The translations under genes were made by a program, and so were the position numbers. A stretch of DNA of 64,000 bases from Thermoanaerobaculia bacterium (lineage in GTDB: Bacteria; Acidobacteriota; Thermoanaerobaculia; UBA5066), in assembly GCA_963816185.1 (NCBI GenBank), contig CAWFJJ010000029.1:128001-192000 (forward strand), in the 5' to 3' direction. A model generated the notes under the pieces. The model had not been told where the DNA came from. It worked only from the letters and a program-made list of their open reading frames with translations, and ran no database searches. Positions 20,699-30,796 of the stretch are shown piece by piece (the first letter of the stretch is position 1; each line of letters opens with the position of its first letter).

Positions 20699-22363
20699 AT
20701 GAGCGAGGGACGACCTGCGTACCACCTTCCTCTTGCGGGTGCGCTCGCGGGCCTCGCGGTCGGCGATCTGCTGCTCGGCCTCAATCCGGAGCTCCTGGGC
20801 GTTCTTTCGGCGGCGCGGCTCCTTCTCGTCGCCGCTGCGTTCGGAGTCGCCGTCTTTTCGCCGCTCTTTCTCGTGCCGCGTGCACGACGCGCTTCGCGCG
20901 CCGCCGCCGCGTGGAGCGCCGGCCTCCTCGCCGTGTACGGCCTATTCGTCGAGTTCCAGAGGCAGGCGCTCCACGACTTCGTACCCTCGGGAGCCCGGCG
21001 CGTCCTCGTCGCGACGGCGATGGCAGCGGTTCTCTCGGCTGCGGTCCTCGGAGCGCGCGCCAGGCGCGGAGGACCCTCCGCCCAGACGCTCTCGATCCCG
21101 ATCCTCCTGTTCGTCCTGCCGCCTCTCGTGGGCCGGCGCGTTCCGGAGCGGCCCTCCCCGGCAGCATCCCCGGCACCCTTGCGCGCGCCTCGCGGGAGTC
21201 TTCTCGTCGTCGGGCTCGAGGGAGCCTCCTGGGACCTTCTCACCACGTACGCCTCCGAAGGCGCGATGCCGGTCGTCGCGCGGCTCTTGCGCGAAGGAGC
21301 CGCGGGACCGCTCACGGCGCTCGCCCCGTACGATCGCGCCGCCCTCTGGACGACGGCCGCAACGGGCAAGCGGCCGCTCAAGCATGCCGTGGTCTCGTCG
21401 CGCCGGTGGGAGACCCCAGCGGGAGCTCTCCGGCTTCTGCCGGTCCTGCCAGGCTTGCCCGTGCCCGGCGGCGGCCGCGCCCGCGCCGACGCGGCAGGGG
21501 GCCGCCGCAGCCTGACGTTCTGGGAGATCCTCGCGTCTCGCGGTCACGAGGCGGCCGTTCTCGGGTGGCCCGCGTCGTCTCCGGCGCGCGACGGGCTCGT
21601 CCTGTGGGCAAGCGACGCTTTTTTCGACGGGGACACGGGCGCCTCGGCGGCACGCCCCGCCGAGGCTGCCGCGCGAGCTCGTCTCTTCCGGGTGCCGCCG
21701 GACGGCCTCGACCGCCCGCTTGCTCGCTCGCTCGTGCCGCACGGCCTCGCCGCCGGCGAGGCCCGGATCGATCCGCTGCGCGGAGCGGCGCGTGATCTGA
21801 CGGTGGCGGGAGCGGCGCTCGCGGCCTTGCCGTCGGGACCTCTCAACGTCTCGGCGCTCGTCCTCTCCGGGCTCGTCGACGCGGGCGCGCTCTCCGGCGC
21901 CGCGGAGAACTCCCGTTACTGGGGGCTTTCCTTTCCGGAAAAGGAGGCCGAGGCGCGGGCCGCGGCGTTACGCGCCTACTACCGTTTTCTCGACGATCTT
22001 CTCGGCGAGATTCTCGAGCGGGAAGGCCGGGAGCGCACGATCTGCCTGTTTGCGCCCGTGGGATGGGGGCCTCCGCCCACGCTCGAGGCCATCTCGCTTT
22101 TCTTGCGCGGGCAAAGGCCCGTGGCGAGCGCCGATGCGGCCCGGGACGGCTTCGTGCTCTTCGCCGGAGCCGGTGTGAGGTCGGGCGTTCGCCTCACGTC
22201 CGCGAACGTCCTCGACCTCGCGCCGACGCTGCTCGTCCTCGCCGGCGAGCCCGTCGCCCGTGACATGGACGGACGCGTCCTCGCCGAGGTGTTCGACGAG
22301 CGGTTCACGGAGTCGGCGAGCGTTCCGATCGTGTCGACGTTCGAGGCGTCCGGGCCGCAATGA
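20699..22363 (+). CDS. membrane-anchored alkaline phosphatase / nucleotide pyrophosphatase superfamily protein (degenerate active site)
   Basis: N-terminal TM helices, then VVGLEGASWD, WTTAATG..P..H, TFWEIL, YYRFLDDLLGEI, DLAPTLL..G.PV..DMDGRVL. Confidence 0.75.
   Translation: MSEGRPAYHLPLAGALAGLAVGDLLLGLNPELLGVLSAARLLLVAAAFGVAVFSPLFLVPRARRASRAAAAWSAGLLAVYGLFVEFQRQALHDFVPSGARRVLVATAMAAVLSAAVLGARARRGGPSAQTLSIPILLFVLPPLVGRRVPERPSPAASPAPLRAPRGSLLVVGLEGASWDLLTTYASEGAMPVVARLLREGAAGPLTALAPYDRAALWTTAATGKRPLKHAVVSSRRWETPAGALRLLPVLPGLPVPGGGRARADAAGGRRSLTFWEILASRGHEAAVLGWPASSPARDGLVLWASDAFFDGDTGASAARPAEAAARARLFRVPPDGLDRPLARSLVPHGLAAGEARIDPLRGAARDLTVAGAALAALPSGPLNVSALVLSGLVDAGALSGAAENSRYWGLSFPEKEAEARAAALRAYYRFLDDLLGEILEREGRERTICLFAPVGWGPPPTLEAISLFLRGQRPVASADAARDGFVLFAGAGVRSGVRLTSANVLDLAPTLLVLAGEPVARDMDGRVLAEVFDERFTESASVPIVSTFEASGPQ
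22294..22357 (+). repeat. direct repeat copy 1 (3' end of the phosphatase-family gene)
   Basis: 54/64 identical by hand count, ungapped, to 24224-24287. Confidence 0.8.
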
Positions 22364-24216
22364 ACGATCTCGGGAAGAGAACGCGCGCCGCCCTCTTGCT
22401 CTCTCTCGGCGCCCTCGGCGTCTTCCTGCGGCTGGTCAAGGCCGGGGCTTGGCCGGCGGGACCTTGGATCGACGAACTCTACTTTCTCCGCGCCGCTCGC
22501 CTTGCGGCCGGCGAGGGCCTGAGATCGCTCTTCGGCACGACGCCGATGCAGCCGCCGGACTTTCTCTTTTCGAACGGCTGGCGCTACTACCCGAGCAACC
22601 TTTTTCTCTTGCCGCTGGCGGCCGCCGACCGGCTCGCCGGCGGGGGCATGGCCTCGGTCCGGCTCATTGCGCTCGGCTCCGGAATCCTCCTGTTCCTCGC
22701 GTCCCTCGCTCTCGCGGCCGAGGCCACGCGCGAACGGCCCCGCGCGCTCCTGCCGGCGGCCGTCCTCCTCGCGACGTCGCTCTGGCTTCTGACGCAGGCG
22801 AGATGGGCGTGTGACGTCGTCCTCTCGGCGGCGGTCGTGACGGCCGCCGCCGCGGCAGGCTTGAGGGCCTGGCGGCGCTCCTCGCCCGCGTGGGCGATCG
22901 TGTCCGGCGCGCTGCTCGGGCTCGGGGCGGCGGGATACCCTGCGGCGCGGCTCGCTCTCGCGCTGCCTCTGGCCGTCTTCGTCGCCGCCTGGGCTGCGGA
23001 ACATCGCGTCGCGCGCCGCCTGGCGCTCGTCGCCCTTCTCGCCGAGCTCGTCGTCATCGCGCCCCTCGCGCTCCATTACGCGCGGCAGCCGGAGCGCCTG
23101 ACGGCGCACGTGAAGGATCTCTCGATCCTCTCCAGGCCCGCAGGGGAAGCGGGGCAGGCCTTTCTTGCGAACGTCCGCGACTACGCAGCGCTGTTCTTCG
23201 TCCATGGGGATGTCCTCCCCCGGCACGGCGACCCGGATCGTCCCGTCGTCCTCGCGGGGGTCGGGGCCCTCCTCGTGGTCGGCGCCGCGGTGGGCCTAGC
23301 GCGCGCCGGCGTCGAACGGCTCTTCCTTCTCCCCATCACGGTTTTCCTGGCGGGTGGACTCCTCGCGCGCGATACCCAGAGCGCGAATGCGAACCGGGTC
23401 TCCCTCGCGGCCCCGTTCGTCCTCACCCTCGCAGCCCTCGGCGCCGCCGCCCTCGTGGACTCGCTCCCGGCGCGCGCCCGGCGTGCCGGGGACGCGGCCC
23501 TTCTCGGTCTCGTCCTCGTGACGGGCCTCCTCGACGTCTCGGGCTTCGTCCGCTGGGCCACGGGGCCGCACGTTGTGAACAGCTTCGGCATCGCGGAGCG
23601 GCGCCTCGTCGACGCGATCGAGATGGAGCGGCGCCGGTCCGACGCCGAGATCCTCGTGCACCCGGTTCGTGCCGCCCGAAACGTCTACTTCGTCGACGTT
23701 CTTCTCGGCCGGCCAGGCGACGGCGGGCGGCATGCGGTCAGGATCGGGACCGCGGGCGTCGAGACGAACTGGACGCGCGTGCCCGAAGCCGACGTCCTCT
23801 TCGCGGCGGACGAATCGTCGGCGGTGCGAAGCGCCATGCAGAGCCTTCACGCCACGCTCGTCACGCACGCGGATCCGGAGGACGGCGGGCTCCCGTGGGC
23901 TCTCTACCGGATCCCGCGCGAGGCCGCCGTAATCGCAGCCGAGCGTGCTCTCGACGGGGCGGTGAAGGTGTCCGCGCCGGGCGGAAACTTCCTCGCGCCC
24001 GAGGAAGGCCTCTATGTCTTCGTGACGCGAGGCGGAATGCGGGTGGCCTTCGATGGCCGCGCGCTCTTCGACGGGAACGCTGGAGGCTACGTCGCGCTGC
24101 GCCTCGCGAAGGGCCGGCACCTCCTCGCCGCAGAACGGCGCCGACCTTCGGCTGGCCTTCAGGTCGTGGCCCCGGACGGCTTCGCCCTCCCGATGGGCAA
24201 CTTGGATCCGCCGTAA
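22360..24216 (+). CDS. GT-C (PMT/ArnT-like) membrane glycosyltransferase with degenerate C-terminal PA14-like domain
   Basis: Loop motif GPWIDE after TM1, many TM helices, C-terminal APEEGLYVF...LAKGRH. Confidence 0.7.
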   Translation: MNDLGKRTRAALLLSLGALGVFLRLVKAGAWPAGPWIDELYFLRAARLAAGEGLRSLFGTTPMQPPDFLFSNGWRYYPSNLFLLPLAAADRLAGGGMASVRLIALGSGILLFLASLALAAEATRERPRALLPAAVLLATSLWLLTQARWACDVVLSAAVVTAAAAAGLRAWRRSSPAWAIVSGALLGLGAAGYPAARLALALPLAVFVAAWAAEHRVARRLALVALLAELVVIAPLALHYARQPERLTAHVKDLSILSRPAGEAGQAFLANVRDYAALFFVHGDVLPRHGDPDRPVVLAGVGALLVVGAAVGLARAGVERLFLLPITVFLAGGLLARDTQSANANRVSLAAPFVLTLAALGAAALVDSLPARARRAGDAALLGLVLVTGLLDVSGFVRWATGPHVVNSFGIAERRLVDAIEMERRRSDAEILVHPVRAARNVYFVDVLLGRPGDGGRHAVRIGTAGVETNWTRVPEADVLFAADESSAVRSAMQSLHATLVTHADPEDGGLPWALYRIPREAAVIAAERALDGAVKVSAPGGNFLAPEEGLYVFVTRGGMRVAFDGRALFDGNAGGYVALRLAKGRHLLAAERRRPSAGLQVVAPDGFALPMGNLDPP

Positions 24217-24223
24217 GCCGCCA

Positions 24224-24287
24224 CGACGAGCGGTTCACGGAGTCTGCGAGCGTCCCGGGGGCGTCGAAGTTCGAGGCGCCGGAGCCG
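24224..24287 (+). repeat. direct repeat copy 2 (diverged duplicate of 22294-22357)
   Basis: cgacgagcggttcacggagtc...gttcgaggcg; translates as DERFTESASVP..S.FEA like copy 1. Confidence 0.8.
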
Positions 24288-26322
24288 TACGCGCTTCACC
24301 CGCGACGCCGATCTCGACGCCTCGCGCCGCATCGAAGATGTGCGCGCCGGGTGAAGGCTCGTCGTCAAGCCGGAGTGTCAGGCCCCCCGCACCGACCAGC
24401 GGGATCCGTAGGACGCTGGCGGTGGAGACGGAGCCATTCCGGATTCGAACGGCCAAGGCGGCCGACCGGAGGCGGAATGTCAATCGGCCCGGGGAGCCGG
24501 GAAGGAATGCCGAAGCACCGTCGAAGCGTAAGTGCCGGAGGGCGAGCGGATCGACGAGGAGAGGAGAGCGCGGAGGAGGAAGAAGCAGGATACGGTCTCC
24601 TCGTTCGACCTGCCGGACCGCGGCGGAGGCTCGGATGGCGGCGCACGCATCGAGAGCCTCCTGGCGGCGACCTGGAGGCAGGGAGGCGAGATCGACTTCG
24701 ATGGCCGCGGCGCCGAGCTCGCGGTAGATCGCGAGCGTCTCGGCGGCGGGTCGCGTCTTGCTGACCCCGTCGAGCCAGAGGTGAATCGGGGTCGGGAAGG
24801 ACTGAAAACCGTTGAGCACGCGACGATGGTGAAAAAGCTGCTCGACCCAGGCGCGCTCGGAGGTCGCGCGCTCGAAAGGGTAGACGGCGACGATGGAGTC
24901 GCGACCGAGGGAAAGAATGACGTCTTGAAACGGCGACGGACCCGGAAGAGCCGAGGCTGCGATCGGCCGCGGCCAGACGTCGATCGCGAGCAGAAGGACC
25001 AACAGCGCAACGACGCTTCGTCCGAAACGAACCGCATCGAAATGCCGGGCGGCGGCCGCGAGGGAGACGACCGTGCAGGACGCGATGGCGAGGCCGAACC
25101 ATTGATCCCAGCGAAAGAGGCCACGCATCGAGGAGAGGACTGGAACGTTCATGAGAAGGCGCCAGGGGCCCGGAAAGAGAGGACGGCCGAGAACGTGAAA
25201 CGTGGGGCCGAGCGCGAAGAGGAACGTCACGCCCGCAACGACCGCCCAGAGACCAAGGTCGGTTTCGGGTCGGTCAGGGTCGAGCCGCCGGACGACCGGG
25301 CGGTGCAAACGAGGTAGGAGAAACCAGAGCCCCAGCGCCGCGAGCGTAAACAGCCCGGGAAAGAATCCCGGCGCACCTGGCGGAAAGCCCGGAAGGAGCC
25401 GGTCGAGGGCGGCCTTGAGGGGCACGGAGAACCCGGAGTGATGGAAGAGGGAAAGGAGGTCCGCCGACTGCCCCGCGAAGGTGCGCATCGAGACGTTCAC
25501 GTCGAAGTCGCGGCCGACCTCGAACAGCGGGCGGTTGAAGAGAATCAGCGGAACTGCCGCGAGGGACCCGGCCACCAGAAGGAGAGGAAGACGGCGGCGG
25601 CGCTCGGGCCGGGAAACGGCGCACGAGACGAGTACGAGGGCCGCGGTGATGGATCCCATGACCAAGCCGTAGAGACTTCCCATTCCCACGGCGACCCAGG
25701 TTGCACCGAAGAGGAGGGCGTCGAGCCAGCGGCCGCGTGTCAGGACATCGAGGCCGAAGGAGATCGCAAGAGGGACGAGCCCCGCCCAGAGAACCGTGAG
25801 AATCCCGATGCTGTTCAGCCTCGCCGGCGACCATGCGTAAAGAAACGCTCCGAGCAGGGCGGGCCAGCCGGGTCCCGCGATGCGGAGGAAAAGCGCGCCC
25901 GAAGACCAAAACGCAAGCATGCAGGCGAGCGCGTAGGCCACGTTGTACCCGGCGGCGAGCGAGCCGGTGGCACGCGCCCACGGGTAACCGACGAGGGCCT
26001 CGGCGAGATAGCCCTCCGAAAGTCCCCAGGAGTCGGGATAGGGCGCGAAAACGCGGTCGTCGCGGTTCCACGCCTCGCCGCGGTCGAACCGGCTCCAGGC
26101 CCGCCCGAGGACCGAAGCCGCAATCGCGGAGTCGCCCAACCTGCAGTCGCGCTGCGGCGGTCCGCAGGGGACGAGCGTCAGGGGATGCCGGGCCACGTCG
26201 GCGAGGAACGGGAAAGGTGCCAGGAAGCCGAGAACTAGAAGAAGCGCGCGAAATGAGCGGGGCGAAAGGGAAAGCGGATCCTTCGCGGGCCGAGGTGTCG
26301 GAGCGACGGCGGCGTCACTCAT
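24235..26322 (-). CDS. multi-pass membrane protein, GT-C/YfhO-like
   Basis: More than 10 TM segments; FAPYP, GYN, SADL, LGP, R..FR, LNG..SFP motifs seen in GT-C-like membrane proteins. Confidence 0.6.
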   Translation of the reverse strand: MSDAAVAPTPRPAKDPLSLSPRSFRALLLVLGFLAPFPFLADVARHPLTLVPCGPPQRDCRLGDSAIAASVLGRAWSRFDRGEAWNRDDRVFAPYPDSWGLSEGYLAEALVGYPWARATGSLAAGYNVAYALACMLAFWSSGALFLRIAGPGWPALLGAFLYAWSPARLNSIGILTVLWAGLVPLAISFGLDVLTRGRWLDALLFGATWVAVGMGSLYGLVMGSITAALVLVSCAVSRPERRRRLPLLLVAGSLAAVPLILFNRPLFEVGRDFDVNVSMRTFAGQSADLLSLFHHSGFSVPLKAALDRLLPGFPPGAPGFFPGLFTLAALGLWFLLPRLHRPVVRRLDPDRPETDLGLWAVVAGVTFLFALGPTFHVLGRPLFPGPWRLLMNVPVLSSMRGLFRWDQWFGLAIASCTVVSLAAAARHFDAVRFGRSVVALLVLLLAIDVWPRPIAASALPGPSPFQDVILSLGRDSIVAVYPFERATSERAWVEQLFHHRRVLNGFQSFPTPIHLWLDGVSKTRPAAETLAIYRELGAAAIEVDLASLPPGRRQEALDACAAIRASAAVRQVERGDRILLLPPPRSPLLVDPLALRHLRFDGASAFLPGSPGRLTFRLRSAALAVRIRNGSVSTASVLRIPLVGAGGLTLRLDDEPSPGAHIFDAARGVEIGVAGEARTAPAPRTSTPPGRSQTP

Positions 26323-26329
26323 CTCCCAC

Positions 26330-27298
26330 TCATTCTTTCGGTGCCTCCTTCGGTGCCGCGAACCGCGAGGGGGGGCCGAGGGCGCCGAGGAGCGCCTCCT
26401 GGAACGCGGCCGGCGTCTCGAGCGGTCCGTCGTGTCCCGCGCCGGCGAGAACGACGAGGCGCGCGCCGCGCATTTTCGCGGCCGCCTCTCGGGCGATGGA
26501 GATCGGAAACAGCGTCTCGCGCTCTCCCCAGATCAGCGTCGTTCCTTCCGGCAGCTCGCCGAGGTGTTCGTAAAGGCCGTCGGCCTCGGTGAGATGGGCG
26601 ACCGTCAAGGCCGCCGTCCCCCCGCCGTAGTTCCGGCCGAACGCATCGAGAACGAAGCCCAGGGCCGGGGCAGGTTTGCGAAAAAAAAGAAGGCCGAAAA
26701 TTCGACCGGCTCCCGCACGGTCTCGAGGCAAGACGCGCGCACGCTCGGCTTCCGCGTCCGACGAGAGAGACAGGCCCGCCGCGTCCACAAGGACGAGCCG
26801 GCCCGTTTTCCACGGAAACTTCAGCGCGTACCACCCTGCCGTCCAGCCGCCGAGCGAGTGACCGACGAGATCCGCCTTTTCGAGCCCGAGCGCACGCGAG
26901 AGAGCATCGAGTGCCGCGAGGCGGCCCGGAAGGCCGTAGCCTGAGGTGTCCCGAGGCGGATCGCTTTTCCCAGAGCCAGGCGCGTCGGGCAGGATCACGG
27001 TACGGCCGCGCCGGGCGAGAAAGCGCGCGGTGTCCGTCCAGTAAGTCGCGTCGGCGCCGAGGCCGTGCAGCAGGACGACCGGCCGCTCCGCCGAGAGCGG
27101 TCCCAGGATGAATGCCGACAGAGTGGTTCCATCGTCGGCCGCAAAGACCTCGCGCCGCGCGCCGGCGAAATCGAGACGGGTCTCCTGGATCGATCGATAG
27201 ACGGGCAGCGGATCCACGGCGACGGCGCCGAAGAGGAAGCAGAAGGAAAAGGCAATTGCCCCCAGGACGGCAAGGCGAAGCGACCGCCGCGAACTCAT
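26330..27298 (-). CDS. alpha/beta hydrolase with N-terminal membrane anchor
   Basis: VLLHGLG, DAPGSGKS, nucleophile elbow GHSLGG, IWGERE, GAGH. Confidence 0.85.
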   Translation of the reverse strand: MSSRRSLRLAVLGAIAFSFCFLFGAVAVDPLPVYRSIQETRLDFAGARREVFAADDGTTLSAFILGPLSAERPVVLLHGLGADATYWTDTARFLARRGRTVILPDAPGSGKSDPPRDTSGYGLPGRLAALDALSRALGLEKADLVGHSLGGWTAGWYALKFPWKTGRLVLVDAAGLSLSSDAEAERARVLPRDRAGAGRIFGLLFFRKPAPALGFVLDAFGRNYGGGTAALTVAHLTEADGLYEHLGELPEGTTLIWGERETLFPISIAREAAAKMRGARLVVLAGAGHDGPLETPAAFQEALLGALGPPSRFAAPKEAPKE

Positions 27299-27421
27299 CG
27301 CAAACCGGACGGTAGCAATTTTCTTAGAAGGGTGTTTGCCGAGAGCACGTTTTGCAGCTATCGGCGGCTGCAGCAGCAGCCGCCGCATATGAGCAGAAAA
27401 TCCGCGTTCTCTTCGGACCTC

Positions 27422-29557
27422 TCAATACGAGACGAGGTCGCGGAGCGCCGCGAGGATGTCGCCGCTCTGCGGGAGCGTCGCGTCTTCGAGCTGCGGCGCG
27501 TAGCCGCAGAACGCGTCCTTCGCGGCGACGCGGCGCACCGGCGCGTCGAGCCACGCGAAGAGCTCGTCGGCGGCGCGCGCGGCGATCTCGGCGCCGAAGC
27601 CGTGCGTCCGCCAGTCCTCGTGGACGACGAGGAGCCGGCTGGTCCGCTTCACGCTCTCGGCCACGGCCGCAAAATCGTAAGGAGCGAGCGAGCGCAGGTC
27701 GAGGACCTCCGCCTCGCGGCCGTCCTCTTCCGAGAGTCGGGCCGCGGCGACCGCGCTGCGAAAGACCGTCGCGCCGTACGTCACGATCGTGACGTCCGAC
27801 CCGGGCCGCACGGTACGCGCCTTGCCGAACGGGATCATGAAATCGGGCCCCGGATAGCGGCCTTTGTTGTGAGTCTGGCGGTAGAGGTGCTTGTGCTCGA
27901 GAAAGAGCACAGGATCGTCGCAGCGGATCGCCGTTCGGAGGAGGCCGTTCGCGTCGAGGGCGTTCGACGGCATGACGACGCGGAGACCCGGGATGTGCGT
28001 GAACGTCACCTCGCCCGATTGCGAGTGGTACGGCCCGCCGCCGGTGAGATAGCCGCCGATCGCGACCCGGATGACGACCGGAGCACGGAACGCTCCGCCC
28101 GAGCGCCAGCGGGTCGTCGCGAGCTCGTCGCGAAGCTGCTGCATCGCGGGCCAGATGTAGTCGAAGAACTGGACCTCGACGACGGGCCTCAGCCCGCGCG
28201 CCGCCCAGCCGACGGCGCGCCCCACGATGCCGGCCTCGGCGAGCGGGGAATTGAAGACGCGCGCGGGCCCGAATTCCTTCTGAAGGCCGCCCGTCACCTT
28301 GAAGACGCCGCCCTTTCCCTTGCACTCGCCCAGCACGTCGGCGCGACTCGCGTCCGCCACGTCCTCGCCCCAGATCGCGATGCGCCCATCGCGGGCCATC
28401 TCGTCGCGGAGCGCGGCGTTGATGAGATCGACCATCGTCGTCGGCTCTCCCGTGAAAGCGGGAGCCGCTTCCGTGTCGAAGGCCGCCGAGGTCGGGTCGA
28501 CGTCGGGCGAGTAGATGTTCGCCAAGACTGTTTCGGGTGCCGGCTGGGGCCGCGTGCCGGCATCCTCCGCGGCGGCGCCAACCTCGGCGGCCACGTCTTC
28601 GCGCAGCTTCGCGAGATCCTCGGCCGTGGCGAGCCCGGCCCCCTCGAGGAAAGCCGCGAACAGCGCGAGAGGGTCTCGGTCGAGGTCCTTCTTGCGCTCG
28701 GCCTCGGGCCGGTAGAGCTTCTCGTCGTCCGAGAGGGAGTGGGAATAGGGGCGGATGACGTGCGCATGGACGAGGGACGGCCCTTTCCGCTCGCGCGCGA
28801 AGGCGAACGCGTAACGCAGCGCGTCGAAGGAGGCCAGGAAGTCGCACCCGTCGGTCTCGGCGATGAAGAGGCCGGGATACGACCGCACGAGCTTCGAGAT
28901 GGAGCCGCCCGGCGTCTGCACCTCAACCGGCACCGAGATCGCATAGCCGTTGTCCTCCACGACGAAGACCACAGGAAGCTTCAGCGTGCTCGCAGAATTC
29001 AGCGCCTCCCAGAACTCGCCTTCCGAGGTGGCGCCCTCTCCGATCGTGACGACGACGACTTCGTCGGCCGCCGCGTGCGCGATCGCGCCGGCGAGGCCGG
29101 ACGCCTCCCCGCGCAGAAGATAGCGGCCGGCCTCCGCAGCCCCGACGCCGGGCAGGCACTCGGTGCTCGTGGGTGAAGAGGTCGTGAAGATGCGCAGCGC
29201 AGCCGCGCCCCAGTGCGAGGGCATCTGCCGCCCCCCCGACGCCGGATCCTCCGCGGCGCCGAAGGCCTGCAGAAACATGTCCCGGGGCGTCACCCCGAGG
29301 CCGAGGCAGACCGCGCGGTCGCGATAGTACGGGAAGAGCCAGTCCGACCCCTTCCGCATGTGGAACGCGATCGCGGTCTGGACGGCCTCGTGCCCGGCGC
29401 CGCTGATCTGGAAGAAGATCCTGTTCTGGCGCTTGAGCTGGATCTCCTTGTCGTCGATCCGGCGGGCGGTGACCATGTTCCGGTACACCCGGAGAAGGTC
29501 GTCGCGCGAAAGCCCTTCGTACGAATCCGCTTTCGGCGGCGCGATTTCCGTCGCCAT
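27422..29557 (-). CDS. 2-oxoacid (probably branched-chain) dehydrogenase E1, fused alpha/beta subunits
   Basis: [31 protein letters not shown]...DNGYAIS (TPP site), [25 protein letters not shown]. Confidence 0.92.
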   Translation of the reverse strand: MATEIAPPKADSYEGLSRDDLLRVYRNMVTARRIDDKEIQLKRQNRIFFQISGAGHEAVQTAIAFHMRKGSDWLFPYYRDRAVCLGLGVTPRDMFLQAFGAAEDPASGGRQMPSHWGAAALRIFTTSSPTSTECLPGVGAAEAGRYLLRGEASGLAGAIAHAAADEVVVVTIGEGATSEGEFWEALNSASTLKLPVVFVVEDNGYAISVPVEVQTPGGSISKLVRSYPGLFIAETDGCDFLASFDALRYAFAFARERKGPSLVHAHVIRPYSHSLSDDEKLYRPEAERKKDLDRDPLALFAAFLEGAGLATAEDLAKLREDVAAEVGAAAEDAGTRPQPAPETVLANIYSPDVDPTSAAFDTEAAPAFTGEPTTMVDLINAALRDEMARDGRIAIWGEDVADASRADVLGECKGKGGVFKVTGGLQKEFGPARVFNSPLAEAGIVGRAVGWAARGLRPVVEVQFFDYIWPAMQQLRDELATTRWRSGGAFRAPVVIRVAIGGYLTGGGPYHSQSGEVTFTHIPGLRVVMPSNALDANGLLRTAIRCDDPVLFLEHKHLYRQTHNKGRYPGPDFMIPFGKARTVRPGSDVTIVTYGATVFRSAVAAARLSEEDGREAEVLDLRSLAPYDFAAVAESVKRTSRLLVVHEDWRTHGFGAEIAARAADELFAWLDAPVRRVAAKDAFCGYAPQLEDATLPQSGDILAALRDLVSY

Positions 29558-29602
29558 CGCAGCGGAGATTACCGGAAAAAGGCCGCGTCCGAGGCGGGCT
29601 CG

Positions 29603-30613
29603 TTACGCGGCCGGGTGAGCGGCGGCCTCGGGGGCGTCCGGGGTGCCGGGTGACGCGGGCGCGTGCCAGTCCGAGTGCGGCGCGCGGTTCTCGACGATCC
29701 ACCCCTTGAGGAGCTCGCGATACGTGCGCGCCGGAATGCGCTCCTCTTTGAAGAAAGGCTCGAGCGCCGTGCTCAGCGCGGGCAGGTGGTAGAAGGGCAC
29801 GGCGGGAAAGTAGTGGTGCTCGAGATGCAGGTGCGACCAGAGAAAGACGAACTCCCAGAACGTCGAGCGCGCCATTCGCGTGCCCCACTTCGCGGGCTCT
29901 GAGGGCACGATGTCGTAATGCTGCCCGAGGCGGTTGAGGGCGAACGCGGGAGGGAAGACGAAGAATACCGGTACGGCATAGAGCCACAGGAGGCGCGAGG
30001 CCCCGCCGAACAGGCCGATCAGAGACGCGGCGAGAACGTGCAGACCGATGGCCGCGAGGCGCTCGCCGCGGATTCTCCGCTGGAGCGTCTCGGGATACGT
30101 GGCGGTTTCGGCCCGGGCGGCGCGGAAGTAGATGGGAAAGAGGGCGGGGGTCGCGTAAAGCAGCTTCAGCCAGCGCACGTTCTTTTTCGGCGAGAGGTGC
30201 GCGCGCTTTGGGTCGTCCGCCGTCGAGCCGAGCTCGGCGTGGTGATCGAGGTGCCAGCGCGTGAACTGCGCGGGCGAGATGCCGGAGGGAAGGGCGTAGG
30301 CGAGGCCGAGGAGGCGATAGGCGCGCGGCCGGTCGCCGTCGAAGACGGCCTTGTGGACGACCTCGTGAAGGAGAACCGTCCCGTCGAAGATCACGAAGCC
30401 GAGGACGAGCGCGCAAGGCACGCGCACCCAGAAGCTCTCGAAGTGCCAGCCGAGGGCGAAGGCTGCGGCGAAGAGAACGAGCTGGCGGAGTGCGACCGCG
30501 AAATGCCGCGCGGGGCTCTTCCGATGCAGCGTCTTCAGGACATCGTGCGGCACGGCGGCCGTCAGCCGCTGTCTGAGGTCGCCGATCGCCCGCCAGTACG
30601 AGCCGCTCTTCAT
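29603..30613 (-). CDS. membrane fatty acid desaturase family protein
   Basis: Three His boxes HEVVH, HLDHH, HLEHH. Confidence 0.85.
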   Translation of the reverse strand: MKSGSYWRAIGDLRQRLTAAVPHDVLKTLHRKSPARHFAVALRQLVLFAAAFALGWHFESFWVRVPCALVLGFVIFDGTVLLHEVVHKAVFDGDRPRAYRLLGLAYALPSGISPAQFTRWHLDHHAELGSTADDPKRAHLSPKKNVRWLKLLYATPALFPIYFRAARAETATYPETLQRRIRGERLAAIGLHVLAASLIGLFGGASRLLWLYAVPVFFVFPPAFALNRLGQHYDIVPSEPAKWGTRMARSTFWEFVFLWSHLHLEHHYFPAVPFYHLPALSTALEPFFKEERIPARTYRELLKGWIVENRAPHSDWHAPASPGTPDAPEAAAHPAA

Positions 30614-30640
30614 ACGGAAAAAGGATACCGCGCCGTGCGC

Positions 30641-30796
30641 TTAGGGCTCGATCCGTTGAGTGCAGGCGCAGGCGTTCGCCTTGCCGCCGACGCGATCGAC
30701 GCGGGGAGCCTTTGCGAGAGCCCGCGTCAGGCCGAGGAGGAGGATGACGGTCAGGGCCCCCAGAGCGAAGAGCAGCGGCCGGCGGATGCGGGTCAC
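30641..30796 (-). CDS. putative small secreted peptide (51 aa)
   Basis: GTG overlaps the upstream TGA (GTGA); MTRIRRPLLFALGALTVILLLGLTRALA-KAPRVDRVGGKANACACTQRIEP. Confidence 0.4.
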   Translation of the reverse strand: MTRIRRPLLFALGALTVILLLGLTRALAKAPRVDRVGGKANACACTQRIEP

